Origin: Chrysomallon squamiferum | Lineage: Eukaryota > Animalia > Mollusca | Assembly: GCA_012295275.1 (NCBI GenBank) | Contig: CM022676.1 | Span: forward strand, 16,182,001-16,246,000 | Direction of reading: 5' to 3' | DNA: 64,000 nucleotides | Part shown: positions 1-14,889 of the stretch, piece by piece | Layout of the letters: each line of letters starts with the position of its first letter | Numbering within the stretch: the stretch's first letter is position 1 | Position numbers and translations under genes: made by a program | The notes under the pieces: model-generated | What the model was told of the DNA's origin: nothing | Databases searched by the model: none | The model's input: the letters and a program-made list of their open reading frames with translations, nothing else

Positions 1-455
1 AGTTGCAAAACCTATAACATGTTGAGTTCAGTAGTGAAATGTACGTAATAGAGACCTTCTGACACTTTTTAGTGATTTAATATACACACCTGCCATGAGG
101 TTATACTATTGTTGGTTGCAGCTTATGTTATTTTATTCCATTGTTATATTACGGCTAAAATATAATGTGGCGAATTTAAAATTGTATTCTTACTTTACTT
201 ATTTCATTACATTCTTTGTTGCTTACTCTTGAGGTTATCATGTCCCTCCTCCTTATTAAATTACACCGCCATAAAAAAAAAAAATGCCATATACAATTAA
301 AGAAACATAATGTGACACAGAAGATCTTAGACTTACAAGACAAATGACGAGCAGAACATTTTGGTGAACAAGAAAATGTAATCCAGCAGAAGTAGTATGC
401 AGCACCCTTCTAACTTATTATTAATACTTTTGCTGTTTTCATAATTGATGCTTAG

Positions 456-486
<31 letters not shown>

Positions 487-513
487 TGAGAAACTGCTCA
501 TGATATCGTCTAA
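1..513. repeat. Direct duplicate of 1750-2283 (more diverged third copy within about 9060-9800)
   Basis: Near-identical text, e.g. 'ctataacatgttgagttcagtagtgaaatgtacgtaatagagac' and 'taatccagcagaagtag...cacccttctaacttattattaatac', in both places. Confidence 0.95.
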
Positions 514-645
514 CGCTTATATTCAAGAAACTAAACATATTTATACCTCAAATCCTGAATTCGCTGAAACTTTTATGAGAATTGATTGAATCCACAGAGA
601 TGTTCATATCAGAATAGCCAAACAAATGAATCAGTGTTTACTTAA

Positions 646-646
<1 letters not shown>

Positions 647-713
<67 letters not shown>

Positions 714-722
714 ACACACACA
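647..722. repeat. (CT)n(CA)n microsatellite
   Basis: Directly visible. Confidence 0.98.
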
Positions 723-1085
723 CTCATATACACTATAACACTTAAACACACCCGTACCTTATGTTTGTTAGGGTTTCTGGAGTATACACACTGACAAACT
801 ATTTTAAATCAACAAATAAAGATAGATAGACGTCATATTGGCGGATATAGGCACAGGGTATATAAATTGGTAAATAAATATACATGGATAACTGACATAC
901 GTACTTTGCCTTTATGTCACACTGACATGCGCCACTTGTAAACTTACATTCTGAAAGATTTTCTTCGATATTCTTTATATCTTTTCTTTATCTATGTCGT
1001 ACGTTCCATGCCACCTACTAACAATAAAATACTTTGAAACATGATTACCGTTCCAAAATTAAACTTAGTCAGTCAACGAGCTACG

Positions 1086-1120
1086 TATATAAAGATAGGA
1101 ATCAGGATCTAAATCACAGT
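1086..1120 (+). promoter_or_regulatory. Putative core promoter (TATA box plus initiator-like element) of the SRCR receptor gene
   Basis: TATATAAAG at 1086-1094, TCACAGT about 28 nt downstream, and an ATG at 1170 opening a signal-peptide-like exon. Homologous decayed copies elsewhere have lost the TATA match. Confidence 0.5.
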
Positions 1121-1169
1121 AGTTGTGTTTGACCGAGACAAAATGTTGTGTACAGTTTTTATCAAAGAA

Positions 1170-1227
1170 ATGTCTTTAATTCAGTGTATATGGATTTACT
1201 CATTTCTGATATCTGCAGTCGCTTCAG
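1170..1227 (+). CDS. Leader exon encoding a signal peptide (MSLIQCIWIYSFLISAVAS + 1 nt)
   Basis: ATG followed by a hydrophobic 19-mer ending A-V-A-S, then a CAG|GTATGT donor in phase 1. This matches the phase-1 acceptors of all SRCR A exons. Linkage to 14484 is inferred. Confidence 0.7.
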
Positions 1228-3091
1228 GTATGTCAGTATTATTTTTGTTTTGTTTTATTAATATACGTATTAACAGTGAACTACTTAATAATAATGACAT
1301 TACAAATTGCATTCACATGCTTGTCGGTTAAATTGAATTTCTCTTTTATACTGTCCATTTTATTTAAATCTCAGAACCGGTGAAACATAGAAGTGTGTTC
1401 TAAAACGAGAATCGTGTTCTGAGTAATGGCTTAAACTCCATCAACTAAAGATTCACGGATAAACTTTCATATTTAGGATGTTATTTGCTAAATGATAAAT
1501 ATATTTCCTTACTATTATTGGCCCTCCAATTTTGACATTGTCATAAAAACGTTTCGGACCTGATATCTGGTGATCAGTGCGCCCTTTCGGATGAAACGAT
1601 TTCATTCGAAAGCTACGTTGATAGGGATCCAAAAAGTGCCGTTATTTCCTTAATATGTACACCTAAACTTTGGAACCTTTTTCACCTTTTGTTTGACGTT
1701 ACATTTCACTTTGTTACCACCTGATCTTCAAATGACCTCACAATATAAAAGTTGCAGAATCTATAACATGTTGAGTTCAGTAGTGAAATGTACGTAATAG
1801 AGACGTTCTAACACTTTTTAGTGATTTAATATACACATATGTCATGAGGTTACACTATTGTTGGTTCCAGCTTAAGTTATTGTATTGCATTGATATATTA
1901 CGGCTAAAATATAATGTGGCGAAGTAAAAATTGTATTCTTAATTTACTTGGGGAATTTGACCTGGAATGAAACTCTGTCATATTTTATTACATTCTTTGT
2001 TGCTTACTCTTGAGGTCGTCATATCCCTCCTCCTTATTAAATTACACCGCCATAGAACAAAAACTATAAAAAATAAAAATAAAAAATAAAAATAAAAAAG
2101 TGCCATATACAATTAAAGAAACATAATGTGACACATAAGATCTTAGAAAATTTTGGTCAACAAGAAAAGGTAATCCAGCAGAAGTAGTGTGGAGCACCCT
2201 TCTAACTTATTATTAATACTTTTGCTGTTTTCATAATTGATGTTTATATATATATTGAGAAACTGCTGATGATATCGTCTAATGATTTAGCAATTTGTGT
2301 TAATCCAAGATGGCCGCCATATAATCTGCATTCCTCATAATCTTCGTCACTAGATCTGATAGATGAACGATATGAGCTTGAGATCGTTACGGACATAATA
2401 ATTCACAAACAGTACAATAAGATGAACAAGTAAAAGCTATTTGTATTCGTTTTAGATAACGTAATTAGTTATATCTTATGGTGAATTTCATGTGAAATAG
2501 AGAGATAAAATCAAACTTAGGCTCGTTCATTCCACGTTCGTTGTTTTCTTGGCGAATGTACATGCAAGAAGGAAAACTGTTTCTGGAAAAAATATGCCTT
2601 GTCAAGACATGTGGGATCTTGCAGAACCGGTGTTTACCTTCGAACTAAACAGAAGACTGTGATTAATCGCTGAAACTTTTATCAGAAGTAATAAGAGTTT
2701 GGCTCTGGGATTTAGTAATATATTATTCTCAATTCTCTTGATGTTGTAACTATGCCGTGTAGTCTGTGTTTCTAACTGTCTATATGTTCAATACACACGA
2801 CTTAAAATTTATAAAAATAATCATTTTGTCATTAAACAGGTTTCAACTGAATGTTTCTCTATTTTAAATCCGTTTCATAACAATTTGGTTTGGTTTATTT
2901 TGTTTTGTGTAATTATAATTGTATTTCGGAGATAATATATCTGTCTGTGCTGTTTATTTAATTGTTGAAGGTGGCATTATTAGTTGTTAGAATGTGGATT
3001 TATTTATTTTTCCTTTTTTTCAATTTTATTTATGACTATTATTATTATTATTATTTTTCTTTTTGTTTTACTTATTTATTTGTGGTGCCAT

Positions 3092-6016
3092 TAGAGCTGG
3101 TAGCCCCATCATTATCATCATCATCATCATCATCATCATTTTTGTTATTATAATCGTCATTATAATAAATGTTTTTATTATTATTGTCATAGTCTTTATT
3201 ACTGTTATTATTACTGATGAGTAGCAGTTATTTATCGTCTGACAATGTAGACAAATGCAAATAATTTTTACTGTTTGTTTCTGCACTTATGCGCAGACTA
3301 TTAACTTTGAGTTTATCAGATCGTCGTACAATACACCCGGTGTACCTTTCTTGTCTCGTCATACACCCTGTTTAAACTGATCTATATAAGAAACAAACAC
3401 GCACTCGCTATACTGGTTATACGAGTATCATTTGAGCAGGTTGTGTTAGGAGGTTAAAACTGTTTCAGATGAATGACTCTGTATTTTATATGGCTTTCCA
3501 AGCGATTTAGTCTGGTTTATTTTGCCACTTTGGCGTGTGATCTAGTTGGCGTAAAACTAATTTGGCGTCTGATTTATGGCAGGTAGATAAAGAAATATTT
3601 CAATATATATATATATATATATATATGTAAGAACATTACTTCGAAGCTATTTGGTCATTGATACATATATGATTATAAGAACAAAAATAAACAAAATAAT
3701 AATTAAAATAAGTGTGTAGAATGTTCTGGTTGTAGAATAAATGTATAGATTACACGCCAAATATTTTCTTGCGTTTCAGTTCATCGATAAATTATAAACA
3801 TATAAATTATACAATAAAAAATAATAATGAATAAAACAAAATAATAAAATAAAATAAATTTAAAAATTAAAATAATATAACAATTATTATTATTATTATC
3901 ATTTGACTTTCACGGTAAACAAAGGGAATCTTGAGAGCAAAAATTTGCTATTTAATTTTCTGAGATATTTTTCTGCCCCGTCTCTGTTTATGATTTAAAT
4001 TTGCTATGAATCTAATTCACAAAATTTGAATACAGAATGTATTTCACTGGTTTGTCGATAAACGATGTTCTGACCTGCGTATTAATAACTGAAAAAGAGC
4101 TAGAAGAAGTAGAAGATGAAGATAACGTTCAACAATCTAAATGCAGCAAATAGTAAAATGCATCTGTTTACCTTTTTCTGTTCATGTTTTATAATATATT
4201 ATTATTATTGTTTCTTTCGTTATTTTTGCTATTGAAAATGTTATTATTTATCTTGAATGTTGATACAGGTAAATGTTTTTATATTTTCCTATTTATTTAT
4301 ACACTTATGTGCAGAGCTGTATTAAAAATGAATGTTTCAAATCGTCGTAAATAGCACTCGGTTGCACATCTGTGTATCTCGTGCAGCAGTGAATCACTGT
4401 TTGTATCTGACCTACATAACAAACAAACACACATTTGCTATCCTGGTTATGCGAGTACGATTTGAGTGCCATTATATGCACAGGGATCTATTTGGAAAAC
4501 GAAAACAGCATTATAAAATTATCTTTACGTATGCTATATCTATCTATAACATAAAATAATAATTAAAAAACATACAAAGAAACAAAGCAAAAAAAAGAGG
4601 AAAAAACAACAAGAAACAAACAACAACTGCACAATAATTAACATTAATCTAAAAAAGTCGTATTTATAGAATCATTCGAAAGAGCAAAGTACGAAACGGT
4701 CTATTTTCCGCTAAAAATATTATAAAATGTGTATAGTTGTCGTCAGTTGGTGTTTAGCCCTGAAAAACAGTCGTTATCTGAGTGTCCACCCTTTTGTTAA
4801 GTGTCAACAATCATATCTAAATAGCATCATTTTTGTGTATGTGCGTTTATGAATTGTGAAACAGTCGTATAAACTAATAATCCTGCAATGTGCACAGTTG
4901 GTTTAAGTTGTATATAAACATTCGTCTGTTTGCCTGTTTGATTTGTCAAACAGTTACATCTAGAATAATTCTACAGTGTATACATCTGTATACAGTTAGC
5001 TTTCCGATTAGAAGATTAAGCTTAGTCAGTCAGAATGTCATATATACAAAGAAAGGAATCAGGATAAACATTAAGTTATTTGTGTATGGCAGAGAACAAA
5101 TGATTTGTTCAGTTTTTAAATAAGTAATATGAATCTTTCCTTATTTTCAAATTGATTTACTTGTAATATCTACAGTTGTTTTATGCATATATTATGTGTA
5201 TAACAATATAAATTGCATTACACATACTCGATTTGAGCATTCAGCAAACAAAATTTGACGAATTAATTAGATCCAAATCAAGCGATTACATTTCTCAGGA
5301 AGAGTATATGCTACTGGGAATGCATAATAGGGAGACTTATGTTTAAATAAAGTGTGATCAATGAACGCAATTAATAACGTGAACTGAGAGAGATAACATT
5401 ACAAAAATGCACTTTATTTTAGAAAAATAACGACATAATACTAAAAAATAAAATAATTTAAAAATAACGAAAAATATATTAAAGAAAAAGTTAAAAGAAA
5501 ACAAAAAAGGTGTATGCAGCAATGTGTATGCGGATAGATATAATATCCTACTCGCAGAATGTCGACAAAATTTTTTAGTGAAACTGACGCAATGACTGAC
5601 AGAAAATACAACTGAAAGAAGATGATAACCATCGTTCATAGTTTCATAATGAAAATCGAGAGATATATGTAGATTTTTAAATTATTTGATAATGCATTGA
5701 TTTAATTAGTATAAGGTATTCACACTGTTAATTTAAGTTTGCGTGTTGTATGTATGCCAGAGCAGTTTGTATGTGAACGATCGTTAAAAACTGACGAATT
5801 ATGAAATCAAAATGTTTCGGTTTAAATAATATTATTAATTTCATTAATTTGATATTTGCCTAAAAATCGTGTTTTTAAATATTTTTTTACTGGTTGATGA
5901 CAACACTCCCCGGTTCACATGTACGATCGATGTTCGGCTTAATGGGCGATATTACGTGTTATTATTGTTCACCTCTTCCGTTCTGTGTTTAGTCGAGAAA
6001 ACCAAATATTAAAAAC
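3092..6016. repeat. Segmental duplication, direct copy at about 22758-25917
   Basis: Colinear shared sequence from 'tagccccatcat' to 'gagaaaaccaaatattaaaa', with indels. Confidence 0.92.
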
Positions 6017-6644
6017 ACACAACATTTATGACTTAACCTATGGAGAAAAAGAGAAATAGTCTAAATATTTTCTGCACACAACGAACATGTTTTATTTCCT
6101 TTTCGGTAATACAATATTAGGACAAGTCCACGGTATCAGGACTCAGAAGGTTTCGATCTCATTACAACTGCCCTGAGTGCTAGAGGTGTATTCCAGAAAC
6201 CAGGCGCTATATAGGAGGCTGATACACAGAGAAAAGAGACCAGAGATTTATGCAGCTTGATGGGTAATAATAAGTATGTGCACGAAGGACGTTACACAAA
6301 ATTGCGAAAATCGAACTAACCTTATTTCAAAATTCTCTGAAATGCAACCACTTATAATTTAGACTGGAAACAAAGTATTAGTAAAATACTGTTACATAAT
6401 TTTGTGTGAGTCATGTTACACTTAATCCGCTGACACAAAATAAATAGAATATGGTGAACTGGTGTGAAGATAAAAGCATTTCAATTCAAGATGAAGAACA
6501 TGATGCGGATTTGATGTCTTAACTAAACATTTACAAACATTCAAAATGATTCGCAAGTGACCATGGATTTGCCAGTAACAAATTATTATTATTTCCGTAG
6601 CTTCGTAATTCCCATTATAAATAAAGTTACCATCACTAGGAAAC

Positions 6645-7319
6645 AATTTTTATGGACAATGTTTGATATAATAATACCATTAATATAGTGTAAACATAAT
6701 CAGAAGCATTCTATACATTTACTACTATTATTATTACTACTACTACTACTACTACTACTGCTACTACTACTACTACTACTACTAATAATAATAATAATAA
6801 TAATTATTATTATTATTATTATACTAATACTACAACTATTACAATTATCATTATTTCTTAGAAACATATTTGAAAAACAATTAATAATCTTGTGGTTGTG
6901 AGTAAATTTGAATCTACTACGTCTATAAAATGACTTATTTATTTTATTTCATTAAAGAACAAAAATAAATAAATAAAAATATAATAAACAAATTACCGAC
7001 TAAATCCTAACATGTGACATAAAACAGAAGCATCTTTCTCATCAAAATAATCATCACAGATTGTTCCCCACGTCCCGTTTACTCGAATCTCAACTCGTCC
7101 TTGTGTTGGTTTTCCTCTTCCATTCACTAACCGTACTGGTACTGAAATAATAACAGATTTATATATGACAGTAAATTATAATAGTGCTAATTATTCACAA
7201 AGAAAAAAAAAAGAAGTATAATACAGATACCGTCATATCTTTGGCGCTGTTATAAATACGAACATCGAACATTTGTATTATTAAAAAGGATTTTGATTAT
7301 AGTTATTTTAATGAAAACA

Positions 7320-7377
<58 letters not shown>

Positions 7378-7885
7378 GAAAGGTTTCAATATGAACTGAC
7401 ACAGCCATGGTTAATATATAATAAATGAAATAATAATTTACACCGATGCGTTTTTTCAATTTTGCTAAAACATTTAATTTTTTCTGCCACTGGTTTCCTC
7501 TTTACGTCTAAGTTCTGTGCTTAAACTACGTATGCTTTTCTTTTTCTCAGTATTTTAATTTAGCAAATGCAAAGTCAGAATAGAAAATAGTGATAAAGCT
7601 ATTTTCTTTTCAGAAATAACAATCTGCTTGTATTATTGTAATACTGTACATATTTGGCAATTGTTATGTTGAACAGGATCAGATAATTCAACTATGTAAT
7701 TGCATGAATTAATTATATTTCAGTGGTCTAAGATTTAAGTTTGGCTTTATTAGTACTTCAATGAACACACAGTATAAATCGTTTGAAGTAATAATTCATT
7801 TTCTTTTTAAACTATATATTTTCTACTTTAATATATAATCAGAATAGAAAGTAGTGACATGATTTTTTATTTCATGGAAATAATT
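6645..7885 (-). repeat. Inverted duplication of about 13665-14965 (also homologous to about 28750-29720)
   Basis: The reverse complement reproduces the intron-exon-intron sequence around the first SRCR exon, including the (ATT)n and (TAG)n tracts. Confidence 0.93.
6997..7141 (-). CDS. Orphan inverted SRCR N-terminal-half exon (type I): [47 protein letters not shown]
   Basis: 145 nt, open frame, TTTCAG acceptor and GTAATT donor intact on the - strand. No partner B exon seen on the - strand in 1-6996, so it may be a pseudo-exon. Confidence 0.7.
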
Positions 7886-8319
7886 CGTGCGGGAATTGGT
7901 TCGTTTCGTACTTTAAGATATTAATGATTCTGTTTAGGAAACACGACCAAATTGCGACAGTTTTTAGCATTTTAACTTCTAATTCAAAAACGAAAATAAG
8001 AAAATAACTAATATTATCAACAGTCCCTATTTTATTCACTTACAAACGAACCTTCAAGAATGTTTTACACAAGTACATACGACTATTGTGTGTTTAGCAT
8101 AGACTAACACTCGATACATTTTAATACACTTAATGTCTGGCTACACCTTACTTAATTGTCAACCATGCGGACAGTTGGTTAACTTAGCTATTATTTATTT
8201 AGACTGCGACAAACAATCATTGCAACTAACATTTTTTTATGTCCTCTATATGTCCCATTGTGAATTGTGAAATAATCCTACAATATGCATATTTGGATTC
8301 ATTTAGCTGTTTACTTACA

Positions 8320-9436
8320 CAATTAAACTTAGTCAACATGTTATGTACCTAAAGATAGGAATCGGGATCTAAATCAAAGTAGTTGCGTTTGACAGAGACA
8401 AATTAATCTGCTCTGTTTTCTTTCCATATCTTTAGATTGATTTACCTGTTTCATTTAGGACATATTATTTTGTTTATGTTTATAGTTATTAAGTGTGAAA
8501 TATTGAATAATAATACTAATACTACTACTAATGATAATAATAAAATCATATATATATATATAGTAAATTATCGAATAAATCTAATATCCATTCCACTATT
8601 ATATTTGTTTAGAAGAGCAAAGCGTAGCACAGTTCCAAGAATAACATTTTTTTGAATTTCTTTGCACTGTTGTTCATTTTCTTTAAATCGCGGAATCAGC
8701 GAAATACAAAACTATGTTTTTAAATGAAGATTGTGAACGGAATAATAGTTAAAACAGCGTCAAGAAAAAAATCACTGATAAAATTTGGTGTATATTCGGT
8801 GAAATTTTAAAATATTTGCTTTATATTATTAGCCCTCGAATTTTGACATTTTTGCCACAAATGGAGCATGCCTGCAAGTTTTCAAACCTGATATCTATTT
8901 AATCAGTGAGAAGATCTGGATGAAATAGTTTCGTTCGAAAGCTAATTTGATAGGAATTTCTTACCATATACAACTAAATTTTAGAACCTTTAAAATTTTT
9001 GGTTGATTTTGAATTTGACTGTGTTACCCATGACACCTTGAAATGACATCAAGATAAGAAAGTTCCAGAATCTATAATATTTGGAGTTCAATAGTACAAT
9101 ACACTTAAATTGGAGATGCTGACCTGAAAATGTTCATATAACTGTTTTAGTGATTTAATACATACAAATGCATGAGGTTCCACTATTCTTGAGTAGACTT
9201 TATATAATGTTGCTACATGGTTGTAATACTTCTAAGATCTAATATCGTGAAGTTAAAATTTTATTTTTACTTTTCTTAGGAATTTGATCTGTATTGGAAT
9301 TCAATCATATTTCATTCTAATTTGAAGCCTTCTTTGTTATTTATTGTTGAGATTATTACTTATACTGCTCTAGTTGTACATTTTTTTCTTTTACTGGTTT
9401 AAGACTGTACACCTTAAGTTACACAGCCAAAGAATA

Positions 9437-9477
<41 letters not shown>

Positions 9478-10395
9478 TTAAAAAGAAAATACAAAAGAGC
9501 CATGTACAATTAAATAAATATAATAAATATTTGTACTCCTTGGTAACCAGTAGCACTGTTTCTCTGTCATTTTTGTCTGACCTTCATCTCTGTGATGCGA
9601 AGATCCGTGACTTGGAAGATAAAATACTTGTGTCATGTGTTCACGTGCAGACAATTTTTGTCAACAAGAAAAACTAATCCATCAGAAGTAACATGCTACC
9701 TCATTTTGCTGTCTAAAGTGACTTTTTATTTTTGTGTGTCTGTATATGTGTGTGTTTGTGTGTGTTCAGTACAGAAACCGCCTGACATCATCTCACACTT
9801 GACGCGAAATCCAAGATGACCGCCAACGAATCTATTTTTTTTTTCAAAGTTGGTCACTAGATTTGAAAGAAACATAAATGAAAGTTCGTTTTATAACTCT
9901 TTAAAGATAAAGAATCTAATGGTCTATGACTTCCCCAACAATAAGAGAAAAAAAGACAAAAAAAAAAAAAAAAAAAATAATAATAATGATAATGAAAAGA
10001 AGAGAAACTGATAATCAGATATCACTGTTTTGAGTCAAATTAAAGTCGTGCAGGCCTTTGATTAAACTAAATATCTTATCATGTTAAGCGTAGTCTTATT
10101 AACTAAGAGGTAAATAAGGAACACTAAATTATTGATTGTTGTATTTATTCTGGTTCACATACACTAAACATGTACGTTGTTATACGTCAGATCTATTTGG
10201 GATATTTCATAATTGGACTGTACAACTGATAGTCACTGTGATAAATCACTAATCACTTGTGTTACAGGAAATCGTGCAGAGAGACTGACACTTTTTCCAG
10301 AACAACTGGATGCACGACATGAGAACGATATCAGCTTTCAGATGACAATGTTGAAACAGAACGATATCACGAACAATTAAAAACAGTCTTTATGC

Positions 10396-10427
<32 letters not shown>

Positions 10428-11030
10428 TATTATTATTAGTAGTAGTAGTAGTAGTAGTATTGATAACGGGTAAAACAGAAATATAAAATCAAACTTTGTG
10501 CAGCAGGTATAAGTAATTCAGCGATTTTCACTAAAGTTCTTTGGAATATAATACATACGGAAAACAAGAAAAGGTATGTGTCAGGGGGAAAAAATGAGAC
10601 AAGAAAAACAAGATAAAAAAACAAAAAAAACAACAACAAAAAAAACAAAAAACAACAACAACAAAACAACAAATAACAACAGCAAGAACAGAAAAAGGCT
10701 TTGGCTAGACAAACGTAGCTGCTTTTTATCTACACAGAGATCTCTGCGGAGAATCACTGAGACTTTGGTCATAAGCAATAAGAGTTTGCCTCTGAGATTT
10801 TGTAATATTTCATTGTCATTTGTCTTGATATGGCAATCATGCAATGCAATCTGTGTTTTTAACTGCGTAAGCTATGTGTTTCATATATATAATATAAAAT
10901 TTATATCAACATCATTATTTTGTTTTCAATTTCGTCTTCAAATAAGTTTTAAGTTGAATGAATTTGTATTTTAAATAGGTTTCCTAACAGTTTAGTTTGG
11001 TCTCTTTTGTAATTTCAAATGCATTTCGAA
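8320..11030. repeat. Older, diverged direct copy of the 5' region about 1055-2930 (decayed leader plus first-intron sequence)
   Basis: Colinear matches such as 'aaagataggaatc.ggatctaaatca.agtagttg', 'ttcgaaagcta..ttgatagg' and 'tccaagatg.ccgcca'. Confidence 0.8.
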
Positions 11031-13232
11031 AATACTCGATAAATAAATAACTCCGTACATTTTTACTGTCATATTTATCTAATGAATGAAGATATCATTA
11101 TAGGTCATATAGATATTGTTGTTGTTGTTGTTGTTGTTGCTTTTAGAAGGCTTTCGAATATTTTTTTATTTTGTGTTTCCTTTTAATGTGCTTGTTTTGA
11201 CCCTCTGCCACGTTTGTATTTTCTTGATTATGTCCATTTTGTAATGTTTGTGACATGGTGGGGGTTTTTTTTGTTGTTTTTTCTGGCTTCAGTGGAAGGA
11301 TACATTCCTGTTAATTATGATTTGCCACACTGTGCTCTGTAACTTAGTTTATTTGTGACAGTGTTTGTTGAAGTACATCACGGCAAAAACTTTGTAATAA
11401 ACTGCTGGCATACATCTAGATGTTGCGGTAGCAGTAATGAATTAGTAATGCTAAATAAGAAACATTCATTTGTTACAAAATTCATCTTGATACTGAGAGA
11501 AAACGAGTTATTAAATTGCAAACATATCAGAGACGATAGACCTTTCATATAAAAATAATTCTTTTCTGTAAGAATATTTCGATTGTATTAACAGTGAATG
11601 TTTCGCATCGTCGTAAACAATACCGTGTTATACCTGGCTGTACCTCTTGCAGAAGTGGCAGGCTATTTTTATCTGAGCTACATAACAAACTAAAACAGAC
11701 TTGCTATACTGGTTATAGAAGTATCGTTCAAGCACCGTTAAGCATAGATAGAAATATCAGAAAAAAAGTAAAGAAAAACTGTGAAATTATCTTTACGTGT
11801 GCTATAACTATCTGGCACATAATATATGAGAAAAGGTAGCTACAAAGTAATTAACATTAATCTACAATAGTTGTATGTATGTATAGAATCATCGAAACCG
11901 CAAAGTACGAAGCTGACCATTTTCACAAGTGTACGCCAAAATTATGTTTAGCATTGACGAATAGTCACTACACTTTAATATATTTAATGTTTGAGTGTCC
12001 AACTTTTTGTTTATTGTCAGTCACATCTAAACATTATCCTAGAACGTGCATAGTTGGATTTAGTTACTTGTCTGATTACAAAACATTTTTATTATTTGTA
12101 TAGGCTGCGTTAAACACTCAATACAATAAATATTTTATACACGGTTATGAACTGTCAAACAGTTACATCTAGAAAAATCCTGCAATGTTCACAGCTGGAT
12201 TCATTAGCTTTTCTGTTGTAAAATAAACTACATCTATCAATGTATTACGTATATCAAGAAAGGAATAAACATCTAAATTAAAGTATTTGCGTTTGACAGA
12301 GAGAAACTCATCTGTTGAGTTTTTAAATAAGAAATATCTTTGTTTCCCTATATTTGCTTGCTATATCTATAGACGTTTAAGGTTTATAATACATGAAATA
12401 CATTAGACAAACTGTGGACTAAATGGAACAGTAGATAGACTAGGAATGTATTACGTTTGTATGTGGTTGCTTAAGTAAAATCTTTTCATCAACCAACGTA
12501 ATTACTAAGGTGAATTGAGAAAGATACATTAAATAATCAAATTTACTGTAAAAAAATAATAATAAAAAATAATAATAACGACAATTGACAGATATATACA
12601 GATTTTTGAAATATTTGATTAATGTATTTATTTACTTAGTATAATTAATTCATCCTGTTAATTTAAGTTTGCGGGTCGCGTGTATGCGAACGATCATTAT
12701 AAATTGACGAATTATGAACATAAAAGATTCCAGTTAAAATAATATTATTAAAATAATTAATTTTATCATTGTTTAAATTGTTCGGAATGTTTGCTGTCAC
12801 CTCACAATTCTGGCGAACTTGGTTAAGATTTTTAGGTCGGCTTAAAGGACGAGACTACGCTGTTAAGTCATTTTTTTTCACCTGTAACAGATTTCTGCAA
12901 GGTGTTTGTAGGCAAACAGAATAATTTGAAAACGACATCAAATATTAAAATGGCACATTAGCTATATTTTGTTATTTCACACTTTAATATTTGTATTTAA
13001 TAATTACTTACGTACATCCTTAACACAAAGAAACATACATATATTAAAACGAAAAAACCCTCTTAAATACAACCATGAACGACTTTTACATAATGATAAA
13101 TTATAAATATATATATGTTATTTCCGCCATTATTTAAAAAATATATAGTTTTGCTAAACTGAATTTATTTTGAATTTCAAATATTCAGTGTGATGTGATG
13201 CATGACCCTGTCGACATTGTATGTTTGAAAAC

Positions 13233-13251
13233 GTTTCAGTTTCACTTCCGG
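13233..13251 (-). promoter_or_regulatory. ISRE / ETS-IRF composite-like motif (CCGGAAGTGAAACTGAAAC on the - strand)
   Basis: Matches GAAANNGAAA (ISRE) overlapping GGAANNGAAA (EICE). It lies in a ~44-bp block identical to 28398-28441. Function is inferred. Confidence 0.5.
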
Positions 13252-14175
13252 GTCATGCGCTGTTTTTATCAATGGTAACGAATTCGGCTTCATCAAATTT
13301 GTTTTTATTTATTTTTATTTATTTATTTAAAGTTAAGACTTCTTTACGTTTCCAGTCTCAAACTGATCCCATCTGAGTCACTGAAAAGTTTAATTTTCAA
13401 CTGAACTGTTTGTTTCCAGCTGCTGCTGATTAAACTGAGATCGCTTGTCAGTGAAGAGATATTTTAGAGTAAAAAAATAAAATGTCTTAGTTAAAATGCT
13501 TTATATTCTGTGTTCTTTCAAGCAGTGATAAATTAAATATTTGACACATTAATAACTTTTAATTAATGCCCTGATAAAGATGAATTGTCTGGTCATGTTA
13601 ATCATTTTAATTGTCAATTATGCATAATATCTATTAAAAAATAAAAATAAAAATAAAAAACAACTGTTATTTCTATCAAATAAAAAATCATGTCACTACT
13701 TTCTTTTCTGATTATGTATTAAAGTAGAAAATATTTAATTTAAATAGAAAATGAATTATTACTTCAAACGATTTATACTGTGTTCATTCAAACAGTAATA
13801 AAGCCAAACTTAAATCTTAGACAACTGAATTATAATTAATTATGTTCAACATAACAATTGCCAAATACATACAGTATTACAATAATAAAAACAGATTGTT
13901 ATTTCTGAAAAGAAAATAGCTTTGTCACTATTTTCTAGTCTGACTTTGGATTTGCTAAATAAAAATACTGAGAAAAAGAAAAACATATGTACTTTAAGCA
14001 CAGAACTTAGACGTAAAGAGGAATCGAGTGGTGGAAGAAATTAAATATTTTTGTAAAACTGAAAAAACGCATCGGTGTGAATTATTATTTAACTAATTAT
14101 ATATTAACCATAGCTGTGTCAGTTCATATTTAAACCGTTCTGTATTTCATCATCACCATCATCATCATCATCGAT

Positions 14176-14242
14176 ATTATTATTATTCTTATTATTATTA
14201 TTATGATTATTATTATTATTATTACTATTATTATTATTGTTA

Positions 14243-14310
<68 letters not shown>
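14176..14310. repeat. (ATT)n microsatellite; paralogous tracts at 7320-7372 (inverted) and 29232-29282
   Basis: Directly visible. Confidence 0.98.
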
Positions 14311-14311
<1 letters not shown>

Positions 14312-14483
14312 TGTTTTCATTAAAATAACTATAATCAAAATCCTTGTTTATGACACAGATGTTCGATGTTGGTATCTATAACAACGCCAAAGATGTGACG
14401 GTATCTGTATTATACTTTTTTTCTTTCTCAATAATTTCCATTATTATAATTGACTGTCATATATGAATCTGTTATTATTTCAG

Positions 14484-14628
14484 TACCAGTACGGTTAGTG
14501 GATAGAACAGGAGTACCGACACAAGGTCGAGTTGAGATTCAAGTAAACGGGACGTGGGGAACAATCTGTGATCATGATTTTGATGAGAAAGATGCTTCAG
14601 TTTTATGTCACATGTTAGGATTTAGTCG
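14484..14628 (+). CDS. SRCR domain 1, exon A (type I): [47 protein letters not shown]
   Basis: SRCR signature VRLV..G...GRVE....WGT.C; TTTCAG acceptor, GTAATT donor, 145 nt, phase 1-2. Confidence 0.95.
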
Positions 14629-14857
14629 GTAATTTGTTTATTATATTTTTATTTATTTATTTTTGTTGTTTAATGATATAAAATAAATAAGTCTTTTTAC
14701 AGATGTAGTAGATTCAACTTTACTCAGAACCACACGATAATTAATTGTTGTTCAAATACATTATACGCAAAATTCCTGTGGATGGTATTTTTAACATTTC
14801 AAATATGTTTGTAAGAAATAATAATAATTGTAGTAGTTGCAGTATTAGCTCTAGTAA

Positions 14858-14889
<32 letters not shown>

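Larger units (their letters stand above)
13130..14702. repeat. Segmental duplication, direct copy at about 28300-29720
   Basis: Colinear homology through the ISRE block and the type-I A exon, ending at 'gtctttttacag'. Confidence 0.92.
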